A DNA stretch of 64,000 bases from the NCBI GenBank assembly GCA_011109175.1, contig RDEW01000010.1, positions 417,837 through 481,836 on the forward strand, in the 5' to 3' direction. Both the position numbers and the translations under genes were made by a program. This DNA is from Dicyema japonicum. Lineage: Eukaryota; Animalia; Dicyemida. How positions within the stretch are numbered: the first letter of the stretch is position 1; the number at the start of each line of letters is the position of its first letter. Positions 50,331-62,289 of this stretch are shown here, in pieces. The notes under the pieces were generated by a model. The model was not told the DNA's origin, did no database searches, and saw only the letters and a list, made by a program, of their open reading frames with translations.

Positions 50331-52327
50331 ATGTCAATTTTGACAAATAACTATTACCCACACAGCGGTCATTCAAAAAACACAATTAACTACGAAAGTA
50401 AAACCCAATTTATTACAAGAAGAAATTAAGTTCCCACTGACAATAAAAAGTTACTGCATACCTTCAAACGGCTTAATCAACGGAGTTCACAGACAAATCA
50501 TAAACGATAATAAGATGCACGTGGAAAAACGAAATATTTGCGAATTTCTCCAAGTCGTTTGTACAAAAAGCTTCAAATTTGAGTTACTTGGATGCAACAA
50601 AAACTGGGGTTTATTCTTCAAAGGTTCTTTTTTCTTACCATTTGGGAATAAACAAGTTCGTGCAACTAACAGGCAACGACAAACTCGAAATTTCAAATAT
50701 CACAGAAAAATTTAAAGTAATATTTAAAATTAAATATAGTTTGAATTTATACAATATTATAATAATATGTGTTTATTCAACGATTTGATATTTTTCATAT
50801 TCTCGCAATTTATCGGTAGTCTTATAAGAGTAAGTAACTCTTTCATGCAATTTAGGGATACTTTTACGCCACAAAAATCTCAAATAAAAGTAACCACGTG
50901 GAGTTCTACAGAAAAGACATGTGGTTTGAAATGGTCGCGAATAATCTTGTCGAATTGACAGAAAGTGGTTTTATTGAGCGGATAAATGCAGTTTTTGATT
51001 TATTTTTAATTAGGAAAATGACTTTGATGCTATAAAACTTCGTTTTGTCCCCAAGTCTGATTCTCTGAGACCAATCTTCAATTTAGGAAACCGACGAGAT
51101 CCTCTCTCTGCCAATAAACTGCTGGAGCCGCTTTTTTTGCTTCTAAATAAGATCAAAGTATTTTTTACAAAAATTTAGGTGGGAAATATTGCTGATTCGG
51201 TGGGAACTCTGTTCAATAGATTTGTCAAATTTAAGCTAGAAAATGAGGAGTGGTCTCGTTTTTATGTCGTGAAATGCGATTTAGTCTCCTTTTTCAACTG
51301 GATTGATAGAAGTCGCTTGCTGAAGATCTTCGACTCGGAGATCTCTTCTTTTTGTGCCTTTCAGGGAATTTCAGATTCCTTTGAAAGACATAAAACGAGC
51401 CTCAGGAACCTCTTTGATTCTCCCGTGTCGGTATTTTTGCTTTGATCTAAGTTGTAGATTTATAACATGATGTTTAAAACCAAACGAGGAGTCCTTCAGG
51501 GGTCCATCGTGGCCAAACAGCTTGGAGACCTTTATCTAAGAGATCTCGAGTCTAACCTTAACCTTGTTGGCTGTTCTGATAAACTTTTGCTGAGACATGT
51601 GGATGATACTTTGTTTATCATTACAAATTACGGAAACGCGTTGGAATTTGTCACGGAATACACAAAATGTCGTGTTTTTCTCACATTTCAGTGCTAAGTC
51701 AGTATAATCTCCATTTGAATGGGATTAAATTGTGCGCAAACTTCATGATCCCAGAGATCAGCTTTTCAGGTACTGCCGTGTCTGGCAATTTAGAATCAAT
51801 TCCCTGGTTTTGGCATATTCTGGCTACAAAAAGTCTCGAGTTCGCCTTGGATATCCCCCATAGAATGGAGAAGAAGAATATTACTCATAATGAGGGGAAC
51901 ACTTGGATTCAAACCATCAGGAGGATAATGCAGCCGTTTACGGGATCTTCCGTTATGTCATATCTCATGGATTCGCGGGTATTCTTTCTAAGTTCTTCAG
52001 ATTACTAAGTTCCCTACTTTGGTCTCCAATTTGTATGAATTGGGGGTTGTTGTGTGTGCTAAGCTGTTTTATGGACTTTTAAGGAGAGCTAATAAGCGGG
52101 AAATTTACTTCAAATTGGACTGTAAGACCAAGAGTGACTTTTAGGGATCATTTTGACGTTGTCTAGTCGGCTCTATAGGGCGGTGAATGTAAATGATGGT
52201 TTATGAGTTAGAAAGTGAATACAATCGTGTGGGAGGGAATCGTTGAATGGTTGTAACTCGGGGTAATTATAGGATTGTTGGGGAGGCGATGAGATATGTG
52301 CTGAGGCTTAAAGATGAGGGGACATAG
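50331..52327 (+). CDS. TERT: Telomerase reverse transcriptase, minimal form (~570 aa, 12 introns of 21-29 nt)
   Basis: CP (IKSYCIP), QFP (ICEFLQ..ELLGCNKNW..INKFVQL), T motif (LIRGYFYATK..VEFYRKDMW), motifs 1/2 (LRFVPKSDSLRPIFN), A (YVVKCD), B' (GVLQGS), C (LLRHVDD), D (YNLHLNGIK), E (IPWFW) and CTE, all in order. 1997 nt minus 284 intron nt = 571 codons. Confidence 0.93.
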
Positions 52328-52539
52328 GAAACTCATTTGAAAGGCAGGGAGGATATGTAGGCGAAAGCAGTGTCAGTCGAATGTGGAGATGGATGCCTGT
52401 GGAGATTATCATGCTATAATTGGTAGATCTAAGTTTTGTGAATTGTGAATTTTTCTTTCTTTTTTATTTTTTTATTTTATGATTTACCGATCAGTTGGTC
52501 GTGGTTCTTTTGGTGAATTTATGAGGCCTTATTATTAGT

Positions 52540-54010
52540 AAGCTGATACTGAACACCGAAGAACAAACTGAAGCCATCGCGGCTTACTTTGAGAAGCTTT
52601 TCAGCATCAAAACCATAGAAATCCACCCACTTGATGGAAGGCCAAGACCCCTTGAAATACAAATCACGGCCGAGGAAATCAAAACGACCTGCCGAAAACT
52701 CGAGAATAACAAAAGCCCCGGACCAGATGCGATAAACCCAGAATTACTGAAATGCGGCACCCTTTTTGAAAAAATCGCTACACTACTAAATGAAATGTTT
52801 TCAACTAACTCAGCTCTACCTCTGGGTACGGGACTACTAATCCCCATACAAAAAATCAACAAAACCAGAGGACCGCTCAAAAATTTGCGACCCATCATAC
52901 TACTAAATTCATTACGCAAAGTCTTGGCAAACATTGTGCTTGAACGAATAAAAGGATCTGCTTACAAATACCTACCAGATAGTCAAAGTGGTTTTCAAGA
53001 AGGGAGATCCACAGCCGATGCGGTCTGGAGTCACAGATGGAGGTGTGCAACATATCAAAGATACCGTAACGCCACCAATATTCTGAGAATTGACCTATCA
53101 AGAGCATTTGATACGGTTAACAGTAACAAATTAATGGGGGTACTGAGCGGATTTCTTGCTAAGGATGACCCGAATTTTACTTTTCAACACTGAGCTCTTT
53201 GTGAGAGTCGGAAAGACCTATTCAAGAAAATTTGAAACAAACACGGTCACTCCACAAGGAGACTCTTTCTCCTCTACTATTCACAATTTATTTGGAAGCC
53301 GCTATGAGGGAACTTAGACCTTTATACCAAGGAAAGACGGAAGAAGTGATCTACGCGGACGATGCAGACCTAATTTCTGAAGACAAAGAGGTCCTGGAAA
53401 ACCTATTAGAAAAAGCAGCAGATGTACTATGGAAATGGTTTTTTACTGTGAACAGAGAGAAAACAAAACTCACAGAGATAAGAAGGATGAGTATCCTAGA
53501 AGAGAAGTGACGACAAGTAAAGAAACTCGGTTCACTTATGGGAGATAGCGAAGATATTTTATTTAGGAAAACTCTAGCCAATGCTGCGTTATATAAACTG
53601 AAGAATCTATGGCTCAATCAAAGAGGTATCGACACGAAAATGAGAATCCTATTATACGACTCATTCATAAAACCCGAACTTTTATATAACGCTGGAACTC
53701 GGGCGACCTCATCAGCGGATATGGAAAAACTAGACTCGTTCCACAGAGGTCAGCTGAGAAAAATAACAGGAACTACTTGGCCAACGAGAATATCGAGAAT
53801 ATAAGAGATGCAGCACTAGACCTATCAGCTTAGAAGTACTGGAATCCCGATGGAAGTTCTTCGGACACGTGCTGAGGATGGAATTAACATCCCCATTATC
53901 TATGGAAACATACTATGTTAGTCAAGAAAACCGCTATCGTGGAAGACCTAGAACAACACTGCCAAAAGTCTTACAAAAAGACCTGGTCAACATCAAAAGA
54001 AATCTAAATA
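52540..54010 (+). mobile_element. 5'-truncated degraded RTE LINE
   Basis: Close relative of 17862-20810 (LRPIILLNSLRKVLA, WSHRWRCAT, YADD, RGRPR). Confidence 0.92.
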
Positions 54011-54189
54011 AAAATTTCAGAAATTTTTATCGAAAGGTAATCCAATATTCGATTCAATAAACTTAAAAATGGCAATTTTTGTTTGTTTTATAATCGTGAA
54101 CAGTTAAGTTTCATGAAAACAACAATAAACAATGACAACGTGCTAATAAGTTAATTATTTACCTATAAAATTATTTAAATTAAGAGACA

Positions 54190-54302
54190 TGGCGGATTCA
54201 TTAAAAAATCTGACGGATTCGAGAAATTTTGTTAGAAAAAATGGCGGATTCGAGAATTTATTAGTTATAATTGGCGGATTAGAGAAATGGCGGACTTTAC
54301 TG
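54190..54302. repeat. Terminus of a Tc1/pogo-like MITE with five G(G/A)CGGA(T/C)T subterminal repeats
   Basis: Repeats end in ggcggactttactg followed by TA; partner end not found. Confidence 0.5.
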
Positions 54303-54529
54303 TACTACAATTAGGACATCTTAAGAAAAAAATAGTACAAATAATTTTAGGACAATTTATATAGAAATTAACGAAAACTATGTATTTTAGAAAAATTATA
54401 ATTTAGCATGGAATATTTTTCAATATTGTTTTCATTGAAATTTCTATCTTTAGAGATCTGTTTTTCAAAATGGAAAAAGATTGTTTCACTGCAATTGAAG
54501 TAGCGGACATTTTAGAAGGTTGCAATATT

Positions 54530-56120
54530 TTTTTTAACACCCAAGACCACGGTAAAACCAAAACTAACTATCACGTGATCCCGATGCGCTCCGCCAAAAT
54601 CCTCCACGTGTGGTGACAAACATAGGTGTGTATCCAGTGTCACGCCCAGGATCTTCTGACATTTGGTGAAGGGGATTTCAATGTTGTCCAATTTTAACTT
54701 GGCAGTCATCTTCCCCAACCTTTTGTCCGAAGTAAACATAGACGTGACCGACTTTCTGGAATTTATCGTGAGTCGGTTCTTCATTACCCAGGCGTTGAGT
54801 CGGTCCAGGTTTATTTGTAATCTTTCTGTAGCATTTTGGATATCCCGATCACGCGAGGCCAAAACAATGTCGTCCGCATATGTGAGTAGAACATCGTTAT
54901 TGGATTCCGGTGTCGGGAGGTCTGCCAGGTATAAATTGAATAAGGCGGGGGATAAAGGAGATCCTTTACGCGAGGCCAAAACAATGTCGTCCGCATATGT
55001 GAGTAGAATCGTTATTGGATTCCGGTGTCGGGAGGTCTGCCAGGTATAAATTGAATAAGGCGGGGGATAAAGGAGATCCTTGGGGGACACCGTTTGGGAG
55101 AAGACGTGAGACAGATTTCAGTCCTCCGAGGCATACACGTCCTTCGTCCACTTAAGAAATTTGTTATCCAAAGTTTAAGCTTCCCCGGGATCTCGGACTG
55201 GAAAATTTTATTTAATAATATTTTTCTCGAAATAGAATCAAAGGCCTTGTTAATATCAATGGAACACAAGACTGTCTTCAAATGCCTTGGTTTGTTTGAA
55301 AAACCATCTTTAAAGAAGTTGGTTAATTTCTGTAGGTACGTTGATGTAGAACAATCGCTCTTGAATTCGTGTTGAAAATCCTTTTCTGGTAAGAAAGCCT
55401 TGATTCTCCCAAGCACAAGCCTTTCCAGAATTTTCGATATGGAACATAACAATAACACAGGTCTAAATGATGCCGGATCTTCCTTAGGTTTTCCAGGTTT
55501 CAGTATAGGTCGGATGTTGGCTTGCTTCCATAACAACGGTATTACAATTAATTGAATAGTTATACACCCGACTCCAATATCTTCAAGGTTCTTCAATAAC
55601 ACTACTGGAATGTTGTCGGGACCGGCAGAGTACGTTGTTCTTGTAAAATGCAGCGCATTCTTCACGTCTTCATCCGAGAAGTAAACTGGGTTAGAATCCT
55701 TCTTCAGAAGAGAGAAGCATTTCCGACTTCCTGTGTTCCTTGTACGAAATTTTTGTGTTGTATTTTATCAAATTGTTAACGTCTCGTTGAGTATAGTCAT
55801 CCTCGGGGAAGTTTCCTTCTCCTTTGCAACATTTCGGATGGCTTTCCACACTTCTCCGGTACTACGGTTGCGATTTACCTTTGTAAGAATCCGATTCCAC
55901 TTCAAAACAATTCTTCAGTCTATCATCAGAGATTGCGCGATACAATTCCCAATTAGCAGCTATGTAGTTATAACTAGCAGTTGTTCTCCTCACTGACTTC
56001 TCTCATGACCTTCATCACAATTGGATTATGGTCGCTTCTTGTTTCGTAGAGGACTGACCAATCAATTTTTGATGAAAGCGACGATGAGCAGAGTGTTACA
56101 TCCGGTGAGGTAAGCCGATC
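54530..56120 (-). mobile_element. Jockey/I-group LINE relic with internal RT tandem duplication, apparently inserted in a hAT MITE copy
   Basis: SAGPD, SFRPVLL, IDINKAFD, GVPQGSPLSP, YADD twice; MITE pieces at ~54305-54360 and 56122-56570. Confidence 0.88.
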
Positions 56121-56121
56121 C

Positions 56122-56570
56122 AAAAAAACCCATTTAAAAAAGCTTTAACCAAAAAGATATCAGTTTTCTTCGTTATCTTAAGTAAGAAAAAGTTGAATGG
56201 TCTCTATACTTTTAGTATTTAGTCTGATATCTTTTTCCATTAAGATGTAGTTCATTGTAGTATTGTTCGATGATTTTACTATCTTAGAACATTTTGGCAA
56301 AATAAATCTCCTTTAAGTGTTCTTGTGAATATGTATGAGTTTTTGGAAATTGCTTTTAAAATTCGTTCCTTATTTTTTCTTCTGAGTTCTACTAGTTTTA
56401 ATAATATAGAAAATACAAACCTGTCATTAAATGAGGACTGCTAATACACAACAAAAAACAAATTATAAAGTGTAATTTAAAATGAAATAAAAAAACTAAA
56501 AAAATAATTATAATAATTATGTCCTATTTTAGGACAATTTTATCTTTAAAATAGGACAACGTCCGCCCTA
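56122..56570. mobile_element. Second (inverted, partial) copy of the TAGGGCGG hAT MITE
   Basis: Reverse-complement match to 36372-37150 without the SINE; ends in ccgcccta. Confidence 0.88.
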
Positions 56571-56842
56571 CTGATAACTCATCGAATTTCTGCAGAAGTT
56601 AGGAAAATCCTTTTCAAGAACTGTACCATGCCAGAAGGACTCGTCGCCGAAAAGGTTCACATAATGAAAAATACTTAGGAGACGTGATTCTGGGAAAAGA
56701 TACATTCCATTCAGTTAGGGGGAAATAGATAAATTTATTTTTGGTATATCTTGGGTTATTTCAAAAAATATCTCCACAAAATTTATATTACTTAAAAAAA
56801 TGAGGAGAATAAAATTTTTAATTTGAGTAATAAATATGGAAA

Positions 56843-57158
56843 CGGGTGGCATAGTTGTTAGGTGTCGGGCTTAAGTGGCTTAGGCTACGGGTTCGATTCT
56901 CGCTGCTGTTCACCTGGTGGATGGTTCCACGCATCTACGATGCAGAAAGGGTTTGACGAGTGACGCCGTCATCAGTGGATACTCACTGCGGAACTGGATT
57001 GTCTAGAAAGGACACACACAAGAAAAAAAAAAAAGAAGTGAAGATCATCCTTGTTTCTACGATTAGTTAAAATTAACTGTTCTTTACTTAAATAAAAGTG
57101 TGTGTCCTGCCTATGCATAGCTATAAATACTATGGCTCTCGTGAAAAGGCTTTTAAAA
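56843..57158 (+). mobile_element. Full-length SINE family A
   Basis: Closely matches 36528-36841; TSD aaatatggaaacg (56832-56844, 57159-57171). Confidence 0.92.
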
Positions 57159-57215
57159 AAATATGGAAACGAGCAAAAGGTAAAGTTGGATAAAGAAAGT
57201 GGAAGAAAAGCTATT

Positions 57216-58491
57216 GGCCGTCAGATATTAGGCCGACAGACGTTCAGCTGACAATTCAATTAAGCATAAATGATCAATAAATACACTATGTATTTTAATA
57301 ACGGTAAAAAATAGAATTTTCACAAACCACTCGTGGAAAGAAAACTTCTGCATGATGGCTATGCGTACATTATGGATAGACAGAGAAACAATGTCATATA
57401 TTGGAGATGTGAGCTGAAAGGAAAATGCAAAGGCTGAGTAAGAACTGTTAGCGAAGAACTTAATGGAACTATGACACCACACGAACATCCACCAAATGCA
57501 GGACGTTTACATGCGCTGAAAACCGTCAATAAAATAAAGAAGAGAGCGAGAGATTCTGAAGAAACTACATCCACAGTTATCCAAAATTGTTTAAGCACAT
57601 ACCCCATGTGATGGTACTTTTGATTCAGCTCCATTAGGTTTTCAGTTATATACATGTTGCATTATGTGAAGCATGTACGGTTCCATTAGTGTACGCTATT
57701 GCTCGAGAAAAATCTCAACAAATGTATGAACAAATATTTTCAACACTGAAAGAGAAAAGGCCACAATTGAATCCACTATCATTACCATAGATTATGAGCG
57801 AGCAGCGATCAATGCTATCAACAGAATTTTTCCAAATGCAAATGTGTATGGCTGCTACTTTGGGCAGTGTTTGTGGCGAAAAATACAAAATCTAGGACTG
57901 CAGGCATGGTACAATGACCCAGCAAATGCAAACTTAATTAAAAGTATTGAAGCACTGGCATTTGTTCCTGTACCTCAAGTCATTGAGACCTCAAGTCTTG
58001 AAATTATAGATGACGAGACTGATGACGTGTTGGGAGATTTTCTGACCTATTTTGAGACAACATGGATCGGAGTTTTGCAACGTGGAAGGGGAAGAAGACC
58101 ATTGTTTAGTTTGGAAATGTGGAATGTATACGACAGACAGGCAGAAGGCCTCCCAAGAACTACGAATTCACTTGAAGGATGGCACAGATCTTTTTCACAA
58201 AGAGTGTCTATAAAACATCCAACCGTTTGTCGGCTTGTTGCAAAAATACAAAAAACCCAGTCGGAGTGGGAGCTCACAGTAGAACAAGTGATGGCCGGAA
58301 TAAAAATAAGACAAGTAAAGAAGAAGTACCAGGATGTGAACAAAAGGATAAACAGCATTGTTGAAAAAAATGATGAATACATTCAAGTATAATTTTTGAC
58401 TGCGCTTTCTCATAACCTTTAAGTAAATGTCTTGAATTTTATCTCTGAATTTTAAAACTAGAATTTCCTGTCGGCCAAATGTCTGGACATC
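57216..58491 (+). mobile_element. Mutator-like (FLYWCH-MULE) transposon, internally deleted
   Basis: DGYAY..YWRCE..CKG..HEH (FLYWCH), CDGTF, TIDYE, GCYFGQCLWRKIQ, PRTTNSLEGWH; 16/18 inverted repeat at 57222-57239 / 58468-58485. Confidence 0.9.
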
Positions 58492-58727
58492 ATAAAGGTG
58501 TAGTGTTTATCTTATCTCAAGGAAATTATAATATTCATGAAATTGAGAAAAAGGAGTTTGAAGGCTTAAAAAATAATATCATTGGCTAACAATGAGGAAT
58601 ATGGACTAAACTGACAGTTTAAATAAAGTCTTGGGCTGCGCATGCAAGGTTGCAAATACAGTTAATTACATTAAAGTGATTAATATATAAAGGAGTAGTA
58701 TAATATGATTTAGGTAAGTTACAATAT

Positions 58728-58799
58728 CCCTAGGTAGCTCAGGGGTAGAGCGGGAGACTGTAGTTCTCTAGGTCCCCGGTTCGAATCCGGGCCTGGGGA
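58728..58799 (+). tRNA. tRNA-Tyr (GTA), intronless
   Basis: Cloverleaf CCCTAGG/CCTGGGG, GCTC/GAGC, GGAGA/TCTCT with loop CT-GTA-GT, CCCGG-TTCGAAT-CCGGG; C1-G72 and A73 Tyr identity elements. Confidence 0.95.
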
Positions 58800-58806
58800 T
58801 TTTTTT
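58800..58806 (+). terminator. Pol III oligo-dT terminator
   Basis: T7 run directly after the tRNA discriminator base. Confidence 0.85.
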
Positions 58807-59229
58807 GATTTGATTTTTTTTGCTGGGGTAAAAAATTGATTCTTAACTTCATTCTTGATTTTTTGAGTAATTTTATCTTTTCTCTGCTCAGAAAAAATTT
58901 TATGGTAACACGTCTGAGAGAGACAAATTTTTCCATCAAACTTGCTAAATCACAGTTGTACAACCAATCAAAGGAATAATCGATTGAAGTGTGGAAGATT
59001 AGATAATCCTTTTTTGATACTTTCCTGGCACTGAGACAAGTGAATCTCATGATGTTACCATAATTAGCGTTGATTTTATTAGTAAATAGGGGAGCCAATA
59101 ATACCATAATATAAAAAATATTGTAAATGACTCCCCCTCTCATATTTTAAGTTAATAAATATCAGAGATTAATGACCTTTCAAAAAATCGGGATGAAATT
59201 TTCAGTAAAAAGCTAAATGAACTTGGAGG

Positions 59230-59530
59230 GTTCATGGATATCCATAGTTGCATATTTCTGAATGCAGTATCTGCTGGGAATCCTGGTTCAATGTTTTTCG
59301 GGTACGGGCTATCGGTCTCTGCTTGACAGGAATACAATCTGTTTTGGATTTGCTCTTTGGCTAAGCCTTGCCTTTTGCTTGGAACACGGATGCCGATGTG
59401 GTGGGATGGTTGACAGGAAAAAACACCCGTTGTCATGGAGACAGAGTTTCGGGAGAGTCCCTCTTACACCATGCTAGACCCGACTGTCATGAAAGCTATC
59501 GAAGACGCCGGATTTACTCGCCTTTTGCAG
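59230..59530 (+). mobile_element. CRE-like relic (Zn-knuckle region)
   Basis: CLEHGCRCGGMVDRKKHPLS.RQSFGRV. Confidence 0.7.
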
Positions 59531-60099
59531 AGGTGATGACAAGAAACCGATGGCGTAAAAACCATGTCTTTTTTCGAGATTATCGTGGAAGTGGGTCTTT
59601 GCTGTTACCACAAAAACAACATTTGTTTTTTTTGTGGAAGGAATTCACTTTCCTGAATACCATATCTTTTTTAGCCAAATACCGGAAACTCAAAGTTCAA
59701 ATAAAGAAACTAGAGTTCTTCTCAAGAGAACTTTTTCTTTGAAGCTATTCGAGTGTGAAAAACAAGCTGACATCAAGGCACTTTTACTTTCAAGCTGGAC
59801 CCAAAAAACCAAATATCGACACACAACATTTTGTTAACAAAAGACACATTACCATTTTTCCGCTAAAGTGGGTCACCTGACAGCGTCAAGTGATTAAAAT
59901 TTCTCTCAATATGAAATTTGGCTAGTGGGGGTCTTGATGGGATGAGACTGAGTCATCCAAAGACCTGACTTCTCTCTCCGTTTAAGATCTTGGATTTTGC
60001 TTTATAAATTCAATTACCTCACTTAATAATTGAATTTTCTCAGGAAGACTTCCGAAGTGGTCAGCAAAGTCATGTCCTAGGTTAACCACATTTCTTCCA

Positions 60100-62250
60100 A
60101 TAGGAATGGCCTATAAGTATTTCTACTTCTCCTTTATTTTCTAGATTCCCAATCACTAAAAGTGCGATGGTTATGTGTTAGAAGCCGCTTACATGAGAGA
60201 ACTCTCGATGTTTACTAGGCCTACACACCTCATTATTCTTCATGAGGAACAGTCTCGCTATACAGAGGATTGCATATATCCTCAGGAAGGCTCACTATTT
60301 TTGTCAGCATGACCAACTCAGATGTATCGACGGTGTCTTTCGTTAGACACCTTGACACATCTTCAATATTTATTTTGATGAAGCTTCATAAAAACAGGCC
60401 TCACAGCAAGTGAGATCTGGTGGCTGTGGAATTTACTGGTCTTCAGATGTTTATCCTTCCTCTCTTGCATCTTCCGATATATTGGTCAGTTGGATACTAA
60501 ACTTCATTCCCGAATTCTCAATCGACCTGAACATCGGTAGTGTACAGTCCACATTGGATTTTTGGAGATCAGTAAAAGAAGTAGCGTTTGTCTTCTAATA
60601 GATAGATTCAGACCTCTCATTCTGCACCAAGTCGACACAGCTCATATATTTCAAAACCCTTCTTTCCGAAACTCATGTTCCTTGGACATATGAGACGAGA
60701 ACATTGTGGCATAAATTAATAATTGTGCTACTCTATCTCGGCGGTAGAAAGTTCGCCATAAAATGTTGAAAAGAAGCGGGTCAAGGTGGATCCCTAGGGA
60801 CACCTCTTTTCAGAGATATGAAGTCTCGGCTTGACAAGCGATTTTCTTTCACATAGGAAAGCTATGATATAATCGTACAGACAATTCGGTGTACTCGCTC
60901 CCTGAAGCTGTTTCAGTAGGCCTCATCTCACATGACGTTAAAAGCCTTGCGAATATCAAGGCAAATGACATTGAGATCCCAATGAAAGCACCTATGAATT
61001 GAGTTAAAATAGGCAGCAGGACTTTTTAGGACGGAATCTAAATTGATTATTGATTCAAGCTTATGTGTCGGTAGTTCGAAAGGGTATTCTCAAGTTTCTT
61101 CGATTTAGGAACCATTCTGATGATGGGGTCTAGTATAATGAGACACCATCAGTCTCCTCTTCAAATTATTGACCCCTTGCACCAAACAAGATTTATTTTT
61201 TTCAAGTGGTCCAATATTTTTTCAATAGATCTTGCACGTCTCCCATAATTTGGATTTTAAATCAAGTACAAATGCCAATTCAATAGAATATCTCCTCGAT
61301 CTATCGAGAAGCTCTACTAGAATACTTCTCTCATCACTTTCAGACCATCCCTGGAAGCCATAAATCAGGAATGATTCTATACAAGCTGTATAAACTTAGA
61401 GAAAAGTTTCCGGACTCAAGTGAAGTCGTAGAAGCGATTTTGACATCGCTGTAGCTTTTTTCCTTTTGTTCTTGATATAATCTTTAAAAGAACCCTTCGA
61501 ATTCACACATACTCAGAGATATTGTAATTGATCCATGCATTTGATTGCTCCAGTATTCACACAAATTTTTCACTTTTTTCTGTTGCTCACAATCTAGGAA
61601 ACAGTACATTTTTCTAGAGATAAGGATAATTTATCTAGGCACCAACAATCAATTTTTCCAATATGGTTTGAAACACGTTTCCAAGAAATTGATTTATTTA
61701 TAAGATCTAACAGAAGTCATCTTCAAAAATTAGCATTTTTTGAATTTTAGTGTTCTACCTTCGGAATGTCACACATAACACAATTAAATAAGAGAGGGAC
61801 TTAAGACAGACCCATGTGGGACCTTTTTTAACAAAATTTTCGAAATAATTTAAAATTTTCAATTTTCGAATATTATCCAATTTCATAGTAATAAAAGAAT
61901 TAAAATGAGCCCAATCAATTCTGTTGATATTATATCCGAGAAATATTTCATCTGGATCCAGTTCGCAGCTCCAAAGTTTGAGGTAAGTGATCACTCCCTA
62001 TATCATTTTCGACATAAGAAATTCCACACAACAAACCAAAGTTTTCTTGAATAACGAAAAAACAAAATCTGTCAGAACTCTGTTGTTGGAAATGATTAAG
62101 TTCTTTAGACGTAAAAACTTCTAAATTTTTTGATTCCATTATTTTCAATAAACATTTATAGGTGAGTTAAAGACAATGAAAAGTTCAACCTTATCTCTGC
62201 CATTCAGAGAGAAATGATAACCTCCTAAGAGGTTCACTACAAATTCCACA
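60100..62250 (-). mobile_element. Highly degraded EN+RT LINE
   Basis: IGSDHLP (~61990), ICLDIRKAF (~60950), RGVP.G (~60800). Confidence 0.7.
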
Positions 62251-62289
62251 TTGTCCGATAGAATTTAAAAAAAACGTTTATCTAGTAAA

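Noticed and set aside
50331-52327. RT of a Penelope-like or other retroelement rather than TERT
   Set aside because: CP, QFP and T motifs, CTE and 12 host-type introns are telomerase features; no GIY-YIG domain or terminal repeats.
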